Shown here piece after piece: positions 1-13,129 of a stretch of DNA of 64,000 nucleotides. The DNA comes from Lama glama. Taxonomy: Eukaryota. The DNA lies in contig CM052817.1 in the NCBI GenBank assembly GCA_028534125.1, positions 62,188,001 to 62,252,000 of the forward strand, given 5' to 3'. The notes beneath the pieces were generated by a model. The model searched no databases, was not told the origin of the DNA, and worked only from the letters and a program-made list of their open reading frames with translations. Position 1 is the stretch's first letter; each line of letters opens with the position of its first letter. The position numbers and the translations under genes were made by a program.

Positions 1-954
1 AAACGTTGATTTTGGCATTTTGCCTACACCAAGAAAATCGGTGCTTTGAAGGCAGTAAGTGATGGACTACTTACACAGAGCCTGTTATAATCTCTCACCC
101 CCTACCTTCTTGGAAAAGCAGAATTCACAGTGGTTGGTCAGAACACTGTTTGGGGCTGGAATAGGCCAAAACCACTCAGAAGTTTCTAGAGCCAATTAAA
201 CACCTCTGATTTACTGATTTAATAAAGAAACTCTGTCTTCTGACCTCAAAGGGTCAATAAGAACAAACATCAATAAAAGGGAAATGTTTTTATTGAAAAC
301 ACAGGGAGATCAGGCACAAGGTTTCTGATGTGATTCTGTGATGCACTAATTTATCAGTGAAATGCTCGTGGTGGGTAACAACTCATCAAGGAAAAGAGTA
401 ATCTCTGTTTCACAGCCTTGGAATTATGCTACTTAAATTTTTACAGACAGGTTAGAAGCCAAACTACTAAGTACACCAGGATTCTTGGGCACACTTTCAA
501 AGAAGCAATAGTTCTTTCTTTTATGTCACTGAAGTCAAACAGAAACTTGAAAAAAAAATTAAAGTAGAATCTTCTGCACATAGCTGATCACATGAACAGA
601 CTCGAGTCTGTTCATTTCCTTTCTGCTGGACTGACAGGTGCTGGCGGACAGTTGAGGATTGATGAGGTCTAGTCTAACAGATTTATCTTTATACTTATTC
701 AAAGAAATATCATGTCAAAAGACTTGAAAGTTTAAATGATGTAAATTATGCAAATAATTTGAAAGGTTTTTTTAGAGCTATGAGATATACTTATTATCAT
801 AAAAGCAGGTACCAATTCTATAAAAATAAAAATTCATAAGAAAAGAATCAAATGGTCATATGTTAGAATAATCCTTTCCTGTTTGGTTGTGAGATTTTGC
901 ATGATTATTATGTCTTTCCTTATTATTATCATTTTTGAGCATTCCCTTACTTTT

Positions 955-1290
955 CCCAACATTTTATTATGAATATTAACACAAACATACAGCAACGTTG
1001 AAGGAATTTTATAGTAAATATCTATGAATCCACCACCTAGATTTTACTAGTAACTTTAAACACATTTCTATACACCTATCTATTCCTCTATCAATCAATC
1101 TTATGTTTTGGATGCATTTCAAAGTAAATTACAGAACCCAGTACACTTTCCCCTAAATATTTAAGAATGTATATCATCAACTAGAGTTCAATATTTATTT
1201 AGATTTTTATGCAACATTTACACAAAATAGATTTCACATATACTAAATTAAAATTCACTATACTTTGACAAACGAATGCACCAAATCCTT
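955..1290 (-). mobile_element. Old LINE-1 (L1M-class) 3' end fragment
   Basis: aacattttattatgaa...ccaccacctagatt...tgcatttcaaagtaaatt...actagagttcaatatt matches the recalled antisense 3' UTR of ancient L1M subfamilies. Confidence 0.75.
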
Positions 1291-1319
1291 GTTAAAATCC
1301 AAACCCTCTACACCAAGTA

Positions 1320-1737
1320 TAAGCTGGCTCCAGGCTGTTTCTCTAACCACAACCCCAGTCCAACGTTTCTAGCTCACTCATCTCCAGTTTCACCAGCCTT
1401 CTTTCTTTTTCTCACACGAGCTGAGCTCCTGTTACCTTCACAGCCTGTGCACAGGTTAATCCTTTTTTTGGCCCCTCCTCTTTCTTCAGCTGTCACTTTT
1501 AAATATCACCTCCTGAAAAATGCCCTTACTGCCTGCTCATGTAGATTATGTCTTCCCAGTATGCTCTGTAGTCATTCTTACCAAAATTCAAATTACACAT
1601 TTGTTTATATTTTCTTCACTTAATGTTTATGTGCTACACTGGACTACATGCTCCATGATGTGGGGGCCTGATTCACTGTCATCTAACATAGTGAAACACA
1701 GCAGGCACCCAGCAGATAACTGCTAACCGAATGAATT
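1320..1737 (+). mobile_element. LINE-2 3' fragment
   Basis: Pyrimidine-rich L2 body ending actggactacatgctccatga...cacagcaggcacccag...gaatgaat, the L2 3' terminus. Confidence 0.7.
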
Positions 1738-1867
1738 ACAGTCTCTGATTGCTCTTTCTTAGACACTAATTCATTCTGTAATAATGAACCATCTTATTTT
1801 TCAGCCAATTTGTGTGTTTTGTTTTTTTCCTTCTTTAGACAGTAAGCCTTGGAGTTCCAGTGTATAT

Positions 1868-2120
1868 CCATTCAATCGTATGTGTTTACTAAGCACCTAC
1901 TCTGCCCCAGACAGTTAACTAAACAATTAATAATAGGGGCATTTATTAGGGAGTGAGACAGAAATGTTTCTGACCTCATTCCATAAAGGAAAACAGGAAA
2001 CAAAGAAATACACTACAGCCTGAAAAGTGCTTTGGGAATGAAAAAAGGGGTGCCTATCTTGGATCAGAGGAGTAGGCAAGACTTGCCATTGAAAGTGGCC
2101 TCCAAGCTGAGGCTTAGAGT
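1868..2120 (-). mobile_element. LINE-2 3' fragment
   Basis: cattcaa...tttactaagcacctactctgccccagacagt is the reverse complement of the L2 tail. Confidence 0.65.
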
Positions 2121-5100
2121 AGATCTTAGCCTTACTATACTTCTTCTACACACTAAATTCAGGACCACCTTCTCTCTCATGTGTGAACTCCCTCTCACTT
2201 TTATCAACATGGACTGTGGAGCACTTTTTCGTACACGGAGAAAGAGCTAGTAATAATAAGATGTCAGAGTGACTTTCACTTGGTTTATAGCAAGTAAAAT
2301 CCAGGACAAGTTCAAAGCTATGACTATATTATCTTTCTCCCCATTGGTCTCCTTCTTGAATATCCCACAGTGACTGTGAAGTTTCAGCACAAAGAGCTTA
2401 TTATTTTTCTACTCTGTGCACTGGAGTCTAGCTCCAGAATGTGAAAGCACATTGCAAGGGCCACAGAAGCACTGAAGTCTGTCCAAGCCCATTCCCTCCA
2501 ACATTTGTTAACTTCTCTCAGAGTGTAAGCACACATCACAGGAGATTCTTGCTCTTGCAGAAAAACGTAAGACAGGAAATAGGACAGGTTGAATAAATTT
2601 TGCATGGCCCATATTTTCATTTAGTCTTTTCATTCTGTAAATGATTAGAGAATCCCATGTTTACTTGTGCTGACTGGTGTGGTAAGCACCAACTGCAGAG
2701 ACAGAGTGCAAGAAAGCAGCCAAACAGAGGATTTTTAAATGTTACAAGACTACTCAGTGGTCTTCCCAATTCTGATATCTCTTCCAGGTGAGATACTACT
2801 TTTCAGTGCAAAACACATTTGAATGACTGAATCCAGTTGGACAGAGAATTTGAAGTTCAATTTTGCATAAGAGTAGATGGAAAAATTTAAATGTTGCATA
2901 TAGATTACACTGATGTTTTTGACAATATTGAACAGTCACCTATTTTTACTGTAAAGCTCATTATCCTCAATTAGAAAGTTAGTGTGACTATCTTTCAAAT
3001 GTATAGTCAGCTCTGCTATAACCCTCATTTTGAAAATGCAAATTCCCTAGAGGAAATAATTCGAGTGTGACACATATTTCCCATTTGATTATGCATAATT
3101 TTGCATGTGACAAACAACAGATGAACAAAGAAAACCACACTCAACTGTACTGGATACAAGGGAATTCACAAAATGCACACATACACACACACAGTGCCCC
3201 TCAAACATCTACAGGATCCTTCAGCTCACCACAGGTGAACATGTGTTAAGAACCACACCCACCCAAGTCTGGTGCTAGAGTTTCCTACCAGATTTCAGAT
3301 AACCCTCCTTCTACCTCTTCACAATAACTCTCAAGCTACGACTCTTCCATAAGCAAACGTCACATCTCTTTCAAGGTAAAATCCACATTTATTGCAGCAT
3401 TTATGTATTTCCTAACCATTTACACGAGTAAAACTATGCTACCGTTTTTATTAGGTTTCTGTCTTTGCATGTGTGTGTGCCTAATTCAAGTTTTGAGTGT
3501 TATGCCCCAAACTCCTTTTTCCCATAAATGCCTGTGGTTTTTATTTCATGATTTTGCATAGAGAGCTGAATGTTAGGAACATGTCGTGTTGTAGCAGAAC
3601 TGATTATATAATTTCTCATTGTTATTTGTGTGATTTTTACGAATCACCTCTCCATAATTTAAAAGTGCTTTATGATAGTAAATGCAGATTTAACTTAAAA
3701 TAATTTTTATTCTAACAATTTCCTGTGATTATCCATTTGCAAAATTGGTTAGTAATTAGGGATGTAAGAAATTATAATTTCTTTGATGGTAAAAAAATCC
3801 AAAGAGAAAATTAACTATAGGAATCATTAACTAGTGGACTAAAAAATATAACCCAGAGTCTATTTCTCTAAAATTGAAAAAAAAACCTCCCCTATTACAT
3901 AATAGTATCTTCAAGAAGTCCACGAATTTATTTTCTTGGAGGTGAACTCCAAAACTTTTTTGAAGCTAGAAAAGATTCTTCAGGATAAGAAAGTGGGGGG
4001 AAAACCCACAATTATGAAATTAAAGGCAAATTGTAACCACAATGATTGTTCAAATATTACACTGAATATTGCAAAGATATACAAGTAACTACAGAAACAG
4101 CTTTGGATGAATAGCCTGGCTTTTGCTTGGGCATTTTTGAAGCATTCATCTTGCTAAAAATGTGAAGACTGATCACTCATGACAAACGACTCTAGGTTGT
4201 TTCTGTTAATTGACTCTAAGAATAACTCAGACTTACATGGACACTGTCAAGCTACTAGGATAACAGAATATTTTATCAGTATATACTAGAAGAGTGCTAA
4301 CTGATCTAAAGCCAATAAAAATCAGTTACCCATCCAATTAATGATGGGTGTGTGGGAGGTGTCCCCAAGAAATTATGCTCTATTTTTCTAGAACACAGTC
4401 AATATTATCATCTTTAGAAATAATGATCTTTAACAGAATTTCATGGTTTATGTATTTTCGAGTGCCTATTTTCTGTGAAGAATATATCATGGGACTTTCA
4501 CAATGCTTCAGTGAAGGCAGGAAATATTTTTTGAAGTGCTCATACACTGAATAAACTGCTTTTAATCGGACTTGGATTTTGGCAAAAAAAAAAACAAACA
4601 GAAACAATGTAAAACAGCAGGTTTGCAACTTTCTCACAAAGGGAATAAAGGGGAAAAAGCTGACAGAGCAAAACCAAACCAATTAAGCAGAACAGAAACT
4701 ATTTTAAAGTGAATAAAAGCATGGCTGAACATCAAATATAGGTCTAATATTGATGTGAATAAATTATGCAGCTCTAATTGTGAAATTTACATAAATGTAT
4801 CATGTCAATTCTAATTTTTAATATTTTAAATAAAATATAAAAAATTCATAGTTAGTGGCCCTGAATATTTGAACTGGTGGTATTTTATGACCAGAGTTCT
4901 TTTTGTATAATCTAAAATTCTCAAGGATTCAAAAAATGCAGGAGATTTTTAATTATTAAGTTCAATATTTTTATTTATTGAAGATTCATAAATAATAGTA
5001 TCATAAAAATGAGGAAATAAAAGCCTGTCTTTTTTCTGTGACATATTGTATTAAGAACTTGTAGCACTAGGAAAAAAAATGAGAATTTTGAAGATGTGAT

Positions 5101-7110
5101 AAAAAGTCTTTAATAAACAATATAGTACTTCTCTCCCACATAGAGATGGTAAAGCAAGAAACTATAAAATAAAATACTGAAAAATTTTGATTAGCATAGA
5201 GATCACTGTATTTTGTAATGGGTAGAGTAGATAATAAGAGCCAGTCCCATATAGAACTGCAATTAGCTTCCCTGAAACATGGCAATTTAGCAAAGAAGTT
5301 GAATAAGCTGGAGCCAATCACTGGAATGGTACAGCGTGAAGGTAAGGTCTCATGTGATACCCTATGATTCTGTAATAAAAGCCAAAGCTCAACTAAGAAA
5401 ACTTTGCTAAATTGTTTTACAGCATCAAAAGAAATAAAATAGAGTGGCAGGATCCTTATTAGAGCCTAGGACTTCAGAGTGATTCATTTCACAATTTAGA
5501 TGGAGTTTATTTGGGTGTAGAAATAAACGCAGAGTTGCAGGTAAGCTTTGCAAATTCATGTTTCTAAATTCATTAATAATCCATCTGGATTTTCTTTTCT
5601 ATCACTATAACAAAACCCATGGTAAAAGAAACTGCAACAAAAGAACTTCATTTACAGACAATGGGCACTGTTCGACTAAATCAGAGTTTTCGAGGAGTCA
5701 ACCAACATAACTAAGAAGTAAAATTTGTTCTGCCAGGGATTGCTCTATTTTTAACAAGTCATTTCTCTTGTGGATGGCCCCAGACTTGAACTTGAAGTTT
5801 CCATGACCACTTTAGACTAATACTAGTGAAAAATCAAAATCATACCTCTCCTTCCTCTATTAAAACAAAGCTCCCCCTCAAACCACATATCAGTAGTTAG
5901 CAGTGAAGACTAGAAGAACGAATTCTGGTAGCTCTGGAGTCAAGATTATTGAGAATAGATACCCTCTTCGTCAATAATTCAACCAGGTAAAAGTCTCTTT
6001 TTAAAAATATCTGTAAATGAAATGATCATAAAAATATATTTAAAAGTACAGTATAAAGCAAAACTGCATTACTCAAAACAGAAAAAAATACAATTTGTGA
6101 AAAATGCTGTTGACTACTCACTGATAAATGATGAAAGCAAAAATATAGTTATCACTCAAACATCATCAAGAGATAGGTATGTTCTTATTATCTGCCTTTT
6201 GCATCTGAGGCATCTAGGCACACATTATCTGAGATGTGCTGGAATAGAAATGCTCACCACGTGCACAGCTTCCAAAACAGCTGCTTTTATTGACTGATTG
6301 ATTTGAAAATTTGCAAATAGTAGTTCTAGTTTCTGAAAATATTGTTTTCCAGAAATGATCTACAGATATCTTCTATTCACGTCATCCATAAACAGTGAGG
6401 AAACTCAGCAAAAAACTGAGGGCCATAATGTAGTACTAGGTCAACCCCAAATGCTGTCTTTCCTTCTCCCCAAGTGAAGATGATACAAGGTAGCTTCGTT
6501 TTTAATCCCTCAGTCCTCAAAAACTCCTAACAATAATTTCAGTCTCCTACCCTGTCATGTAGTAAGAAAAAAACTACATCTCTGGTGCACATCCAAGTTC
6601 ACAGGCCAAGTTGAGCTTGTTTTTCTTTTATAGGCCCTTGCAATAAGCAGTCTGTTATAAACAGTCTGCCTCATCAAGGCTGGCCCCAACAAATACAGAT
6701 AAATAATGACACATACTAAGCTTCTAGAATGTAAAAGATTCATAAGCACGGCTGGCATGGATGACATGAGGATGGGTTCGGAGGCCATTCAAACCAGAAA
6801 CTCCAGAAGAAAAATCAGAATCATTTAGCAAAAAGAAGACTGTTAAGTGAGTTTTTGTTTTCTTTTTTTCCTCTTTTCCTTTTTTATATTTTAAGACAAA
6901 GTTTATTTAACACAACACACAAGCATCCCCTTAGTTATCTGATACGGTTAAGAGTCATAGCTTCTGCTAGATGAAAGACAAACACTGTGAGACACAAAGC
7001 AATTTTTATTTGAACTTTTTTTGAAAGAAACGTTCCAAAAACATATCACATACTTCCCTGTTAGTGCAGTATGTTGAAAATGTAATTAAACCTTTTTTGA
7101 TTATTTAATA

Positions 7111-7223
7111 AAGCACCATCCCCCAAAGTGCATTCTATGGAACGCTAGCTCTAGAAGGGGGATGTTAATGGCATTTCAGAGGGAAAATAGTGTTCTGAGG
7201 TCAAATAAATTTAGGAGATGCTG
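7111..7223. mobile_element. hAT-Charlie non-autonomous DNA transposon fragment (MER103/MER112-like)
   Basis: cccaaagtgcattctatggaacgctag...tctgaggtcaaataaatttaggagatgctg with degenerate terminal inverted repeats. Confidence 0.55.
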
Positions 7224-9164
7224 ATGTCAACTTGGATTTTCTTAAAACTATGAACATTCCCATTTTGACTGGCTAATTGGGTGGGAAACATAAACCCATA
7301 TGTCAGAGTGGGTAGTGACCCCACAAGCACTAGAAATGGAATGTCAATCTCTTTCTTGTAATCTCATGGCACTGCTCCTTCACCAGCTCCTTACCAGAGG
7401 CTGAAATATTAGAAAGGGAAAGAGAAGGAGAGAGTGAGAAGGAGGAGAGGGCAAGCCAAGAGCTTTCACACACATAATGCTAATTGTCCTCTCTCATTCA
7501 CACTTCTCTCCTGTTTCCAGCTCTCTATGGCCACACATTTGGCCAACTGTTGCTGCTTCTGCTTTTTATTGGCATTTCTGCCACTTCGGTTCTTTGTTTG
7601 GCAAGATAGCTACCTTCAGTTACTTTTGTTTGTGTTGCTGTTTGGGGATTCAAAAATCACAGACAGGCTCACTGTTGTGCTACATGGATAGAGGTGTCAG
7701 AAATAAAAGTAATGGGATAAATAAAGACACCAGGTTACAGATTATTTTCGGTGGGAGGTCACGTATCTGTTGGATTTCCACCCCTCAGTCACTAGTATTA
7801 GAGAAGGGAATGAACACAAACAAAAAAAGAGGTAGCCAAGATGAACTAAGTCATACATTTAAAAAAGTGTTTTGCTCTCTAAATGTGAGAAATTAAAACA
7901 AAACAGACTGCTTTTTCCTAACTCTCTATAGCAAGTTAGCAGTCATCAATCACATCACTTACCATCAAGGGAGGATGTTAAAATCTCTCTCAATATTCTC
8001 ACAATTATCTCAAATATTAGTATAATTTTAATAAATGAAGTCTGAATAGAAAACGCTGCTTATTTCTTTATAGGAAAAAGACAACAATGCATATACAGCT
8101 AATCTTATTTGCATACAAGTTTAAGGTGTTACATGTAGGTTTCTAGATGGCAGTAACGGTGATGGCTAAGAAGAGAAAATTAGAATTCCTTAAGACCTGA
8201 TAGTAAAGAAAACAAAACACTCACAAAAAGGAGAAGATTCCCAAAGTGCCTGACTAGCACGGCATGCATGCCTCAGTGAACTTTTGAAAGGAGTTTGGGA
8301 AATGAAATTTAAAAAGCACTCATCAGCAAACATGGCTCTAACACATTTTTCTTTAATAAATAAAACTTACACATAGTGCTTACATCACAGTTTTCATCTT
8401 CAAGGCATTTTACAAACACAAGTAATTTTTATAATACTTCTGAGAATTAACAATGATAGTTTGCATTTATAAGGAGTCACTCATTTGAAAAATCTAAAAG
8501 AACTTGACAGATACTAAATTTAAGGCATACTCAACTGATTTTTAAAAAGGAGAAGAGGAATAAAAACATTAGAAACAAAACTGGTCAGGCCATTGGAAAC
8601 AGACTTAGTAGAACATTAGAATGTAGAGTTCCTGATGTCTACATTTAGTTTTTGACCACACAGAAGCATTCCTTCATGGAGGCTGCTTACATTCAAGAGT
8701 GTTTGAGAAACTGGTTCAAAAATGTATACAAGAGAGCTAGTTTCAATCTAAAGCCACCAGACTTCCATTTTTTCATCACATTTCCATCCACTTCTCCTTA
8801 CTACCCGGCTTAATGGAAGGAAGCAATGGCATTTCTAATGAAAGACATAATATAAAAATCATCCATACTGGACTTCAAATGAATTTATTACTCCCCTTAT
8901 AGTAAATTTAAAACTGTATGTTTCAAAAGATAACACTGAAATTGTTTCACATTTAATTAATGGTGAAAGAGAACTCCTTGGTTAGTGGTAAAAAATCTGT
9001 CCAGGGTGTTTTTTCTTGACTTGATATTTCACTAATAAAGAAATTTCTACATTACTTTGGCCAGGCATTATTTGTTTAATATGCTAGTACTCAATTTTTA
9101 TTTATCCAAACAGATCAATGTTTTAAAGACCTTATAAAAATAGGTATAAATTACTCTGTTTTAT

Positions 9165-9342
9165 ATATGTATTTTATTTAATTCTCACAGAAAATAATAA
9201 GTATCACTATCATCATTTTATGGATGAATTAACTGAAGCACAGTCATGTTAACTTACTTAACTAAGATGTTAGATCTAGCAAATGGCACAGTCAGGATTC
9301 AAGCCAAACAGTCTGTTTCAGGAGCTGGGCTCTGAAGCACTG
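9165..9342 (-). mobile_element. MIR SINE
   Basis: cattttatggatgaattaactgaagcacag...aaatggcacagtcaggattcaagccaaacagtctg, antisense MIR core. Confidence 0.8.
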
Positions 9343-9864
9343 TTTTGGAATAAGTCAGTTATATGAAGCCAAACAGTATAGGAAACTGCCAAAACCAGCA
9401 GATGCCCGGCAGGTAGATCAATGGCTAATCCCCGGCAGAGGAAAGAAAGGCAGCCTGGATAAGCAGAAAGGATGCTCAGCCGACTTCCATTCAAAAGTTC
9501 AGTTTGGAGAATGGCTTGTATAGTCTACCAAACACGTGACCCTGTGCACTGCGTCGCCTCTGGGGTCCCATTTACCTTAACTGTACAACAGAGGTAGAGA
9601 GAAAGAGACTGAATTACAAAGCCTTGGGTCCCTGCTGTTTTTAACAAAGTATGTTCTCTTCTGCCTCTAACATTTGCAGTTGGAAAGATTTTGGTGAGGT
9701 AAAATAATAGCTATCCTACAAAGAACAATTAGCCATGCATTCTGAATAATTAGTAGCATATGCAGACACATATGTCCTCTATTTTTCTCTTAGAAGTCCC
9801 ACGCATGAGTGTCGTGCACATATACAAATATATACCACGTACAGCTCCCTGCTGTACTACTTAT

Positions 9865-10310
9865 CACACTAATAACTCAGCAGGTGTTTCCTAGGTTTAG
9901 GGCACACAATGATGAACAAGACAGTCCTTGCCCTCAAAGAGCTTACATTCCAGAGGAGGGAACATGTAAAGAAATGAGCTAACTGGAGAGAAAGCAAGTA
10001 GGAAGCTGGTGATATTTCAGTGGGACTGGTCAGGAAAGGGCTAGAAAATAAGAACAAGCATTCTGCTCTGAGAGTGTTCCCAGGAGAGGGAACAGCTGAT
10101 CCAAGAGGTTTCAACTGGGAATCAGCTTGGACAGGCCAAGATACAGCAAAGGGCCCAGCATGACAGAGCAAAAGGAGAACAGTACACGACCAGATTAGAT
10201 GGGACACAGCCAGGCAGGCGCCACTGAAAGATGAGAAAGGGCCTCAGAGGCTCGTTTTTTTGTTGTTGTTGTTGCTTCTCAAGTGTAATTGGAAGCTACT
10301 AAAGGGCAAT
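9865..10310 (-). mobile_element. LINE-2 fragment
   Basis: atgaacaagacagtccttgccctcaaagagcttacattccag is the typical antisense L2 3' motif. Confidence 0.8.
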
Positions 10311-10872
10311 AAGCGACATATTTTTTCTACTCACAGTATGAATCAGTGTTTGAAATTTTCTTTCCTTAAGACACCTTAACTTGCAAGAGATTCCTTTGAA
10401 TGATCTAATGCTATCTGCCAGCCTAAATATACTTAGCTATTATATGACTGATCAAAGCAATTGGCTAGTCATCTTATCCTTACCTGGCCTCGGTGGAATC
10501 TAGGACCTTTGAGAATTTAATAAATGATTCCTCCTTTTGGAACTCACTGAAAATTTGATATTTATCAATATTTCCTTTTGTTATTTTATTCTTTATTTTT
10601 ATTTATGCCTTTTAGAGATACAATGTGAAAATGGATGTTTCTTAGTAGAATTATACCAATTTTAAGAGGGTATGTAGTAAAGTTTATTTGGGCTATATAT
10701 TTGTTGTTGTTTTAAATTATTGTTCTTTACTTGAGTTTCTGTGAGATTATTGAATTTTAAGTCTAAATGCTGACAGGATTTTACCTGTTCCTTCCTGTGT
10801 GAAACAAATGATCTGTTTTTCACTAAACTCAAGCTAGGTTTACAAAAATTTTTAGCTAAACAATGAATGTTT

Positions 10873-10906
10873 TATATATATATATTTATATATATAAATA
10901 TATATA
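10873..10906. repeat. Imperfect (TA)n microsatellite
   Basis: tatatatatatatttatatatataaatatatata. Confidence 0.9.
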
Positions 10907-11129
10907 AAATCCTATATTAATTCACTAAGACTCCATCATCCTTTTAAAATACTAACAGAATGAATTCTTCGGTCTTCTGTCATGGAGATGGCTATTAAAA
11001 CAGTACATCTCCATATATACTGACAGTCTATTGAAAGTTTGAGAGCACAAAGATTTCTCTATACATTATATTGAAAATGGACAGACAACAGAATTGGGGT
11101 AACTCTTATTAACTGGGGTTCTCCAATGA

Positions 11130-11250
11130 AAATAGCACTGGTTAGATGGAGACCTGCTTCTCATTAGCCTCATCTTCCTTTATTCACTATGTGGTCTTGC
11201 AAAATTAACTGTGGGCCTCAGCAATCCCATTTATAAAATGAGGATACATG
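11130..11250 (+). mobile_element. MIR fragment
   Basis: ctatgtggtcttgcaaaattaactgtgggcctcagcaatcccatttataaaatgaggata resembles the MIR core. Confidence 0.6.
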
Positions 11251-13129
11251 CTTGTCTGATAAGTAGGAATGGACTCGCCTTACGAAGTTCTTTAGGAACC
11301 TGAACGATTAGCCACAGGGACATTAAATGTGGGTTTAAGGAGAATGCGCCTCAGACTGGAGCAGTAGATGAGTAATTCTGTCTTCCAGTGACTACTGGAA
11401 CTCAGTGCCTCTTGTGTAGCTCTGAGATGTATGTGTCTTAGAGGATTACCATCACTGTGTAAATTGAAGATTTTGCTTCCATTAAAAAAATCAACTTAAA
11501 TATTATATTCAAGTAGTCTTCAGTTATATTTAGAAATGTACAAAAAAGCATGTAAGTAGCTACTCTTGGTAGAATTATTCTAATGGAACTTTCACAGCAG
11601 AGTTTTGTAACTTTGGAGGTAACTGAACTGACAGGGGTGGAGGCAGAGCCTTGGATGCATCATTACGGAAGGGAAGTAGAAAGCAAATCTAATTTTAAAA
11701 ATGACAAAGCTGTCACCTCACTCAACTTGTTTTCGTTATTAGTTTCCTTTCTGCTTTTCTATTTTTGCCAAGGAGAGAGTTTAGAGACAATTCATATATC
11801 AAATATATATCAAATTTCAAGGGATGCTTTGCAAACTAAATTACCAAGGTTTATCTTTTCCCTCCTTACTTATAAGTCTATGTCATTTTCATTCTTACTT
11901 GTTACTGTTTAATTTCATCTGTCTTCCCTCCCTTCTTTTCTTAGATACATTAAATTAATGGGTAAGTCTTTTTTTTTTTTTTTCTTTTAGGGGAATAACA
12001 GTGAAAAAGGGAGGGGATGAAGCTGAAAGCAGCTTAGTTGTCTGTTCCCTTTCATCCGGAATCAGAAGGGGCTTTTCTCTGTCACCTTGTGACAGGGTTT
12101 GTTTGTTTTTTAATAGTACTCTGTCACAGACTCAAAACATTAAGTATGCAAATCAGTAAGATAATGCCCTTAGTAATGTTGCTTTATACTATCTAATCAA
12201 GCAATCAATCTGTAAACACTTGTCGGTTTGGCCACTGGTTGGTATATCTAGTACAAAGGGAAGCATTCAGAGAAGAAAGTGCAAGTTCTCAGCAATTTTG
12301 TTGCTAAGACTAAAATTATTACAAAACAAAGAGTCTGTAATAAAGCAGTAAATGAATTTTCTGCAAAATCTGAGTTAGAGAAATCAAGATAAACATAGTT
12401 ATCTAGATACACTCTTCACGAGGAAGGAAGGAAAGAAGTCTGAAGTTACCTTGGGCAGGAGAGGTATTCACTGCTGGAGTGGAGGAGAGGGCACAAGTGG
12501 GATGTGAATTTATGTTACTATTGAGATAGTACCACTGGGACTTGCTTATCAAGAATATCAAGGTTCGGGGAGATGACAAAGAACGTGCAAAGAAGGGGTT
12601 GGTTTTTTAAAGAACATTTTATAAAAAGTATCCAAAATGAAAGAAGGACACATGTCTTCTCACGAGAGCGCCTACCAGAGACAGGCCCTCATTCAGAGCC
12701 CGTCTGTTCTTAAGTAACCAATAATTCAACAAGTTATTTAGTCTAATTTCTAAAATGCAATAGACAAAACACAGTAAATATGAAGAGCAGAATATAGCAA
12801 GAAGTAGCCACAGGGCAAATTGTACAGACAGAAGGCAAAAAAAGTCTACAAAATAGGAGGTGAGAATCCAAAAGTAGTTGTCTGCATCTGTTCAGGGAAA
12901 ATTAGCAGCCCATATGGTGACACTCTGAAGGACCACATAGTACACTCATACAAATTCTCACATACAATAATTATTCAATACTCAATAAAGCTATGCTCAA
13001 AATGATGACTATTTAAGAAAATCTTACATGATGCTTAGTATTATGAGTCAGTCTATAATTATTCAATGAAAAAATCAGTATATCGTGTATTTCACTATGT
13101 TTTTTAAAAATCACTCTAAGAAATAGTTC

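Noticed and set aside
2770..2795. Plus-strand AG|GTGAG recursive-like site (tctcttccag|gtgaga)
   Set aside because: Opposite to the inferred transcription direction, and the motif is common by chance
7477..7896. 139-aa ORF and the other 60-125 aa ORFs in the track
   Set aside because: No recognisable domains, composition typical of translated AT-rich non-coding DNA, many use non-ATG starts or overlap repeats
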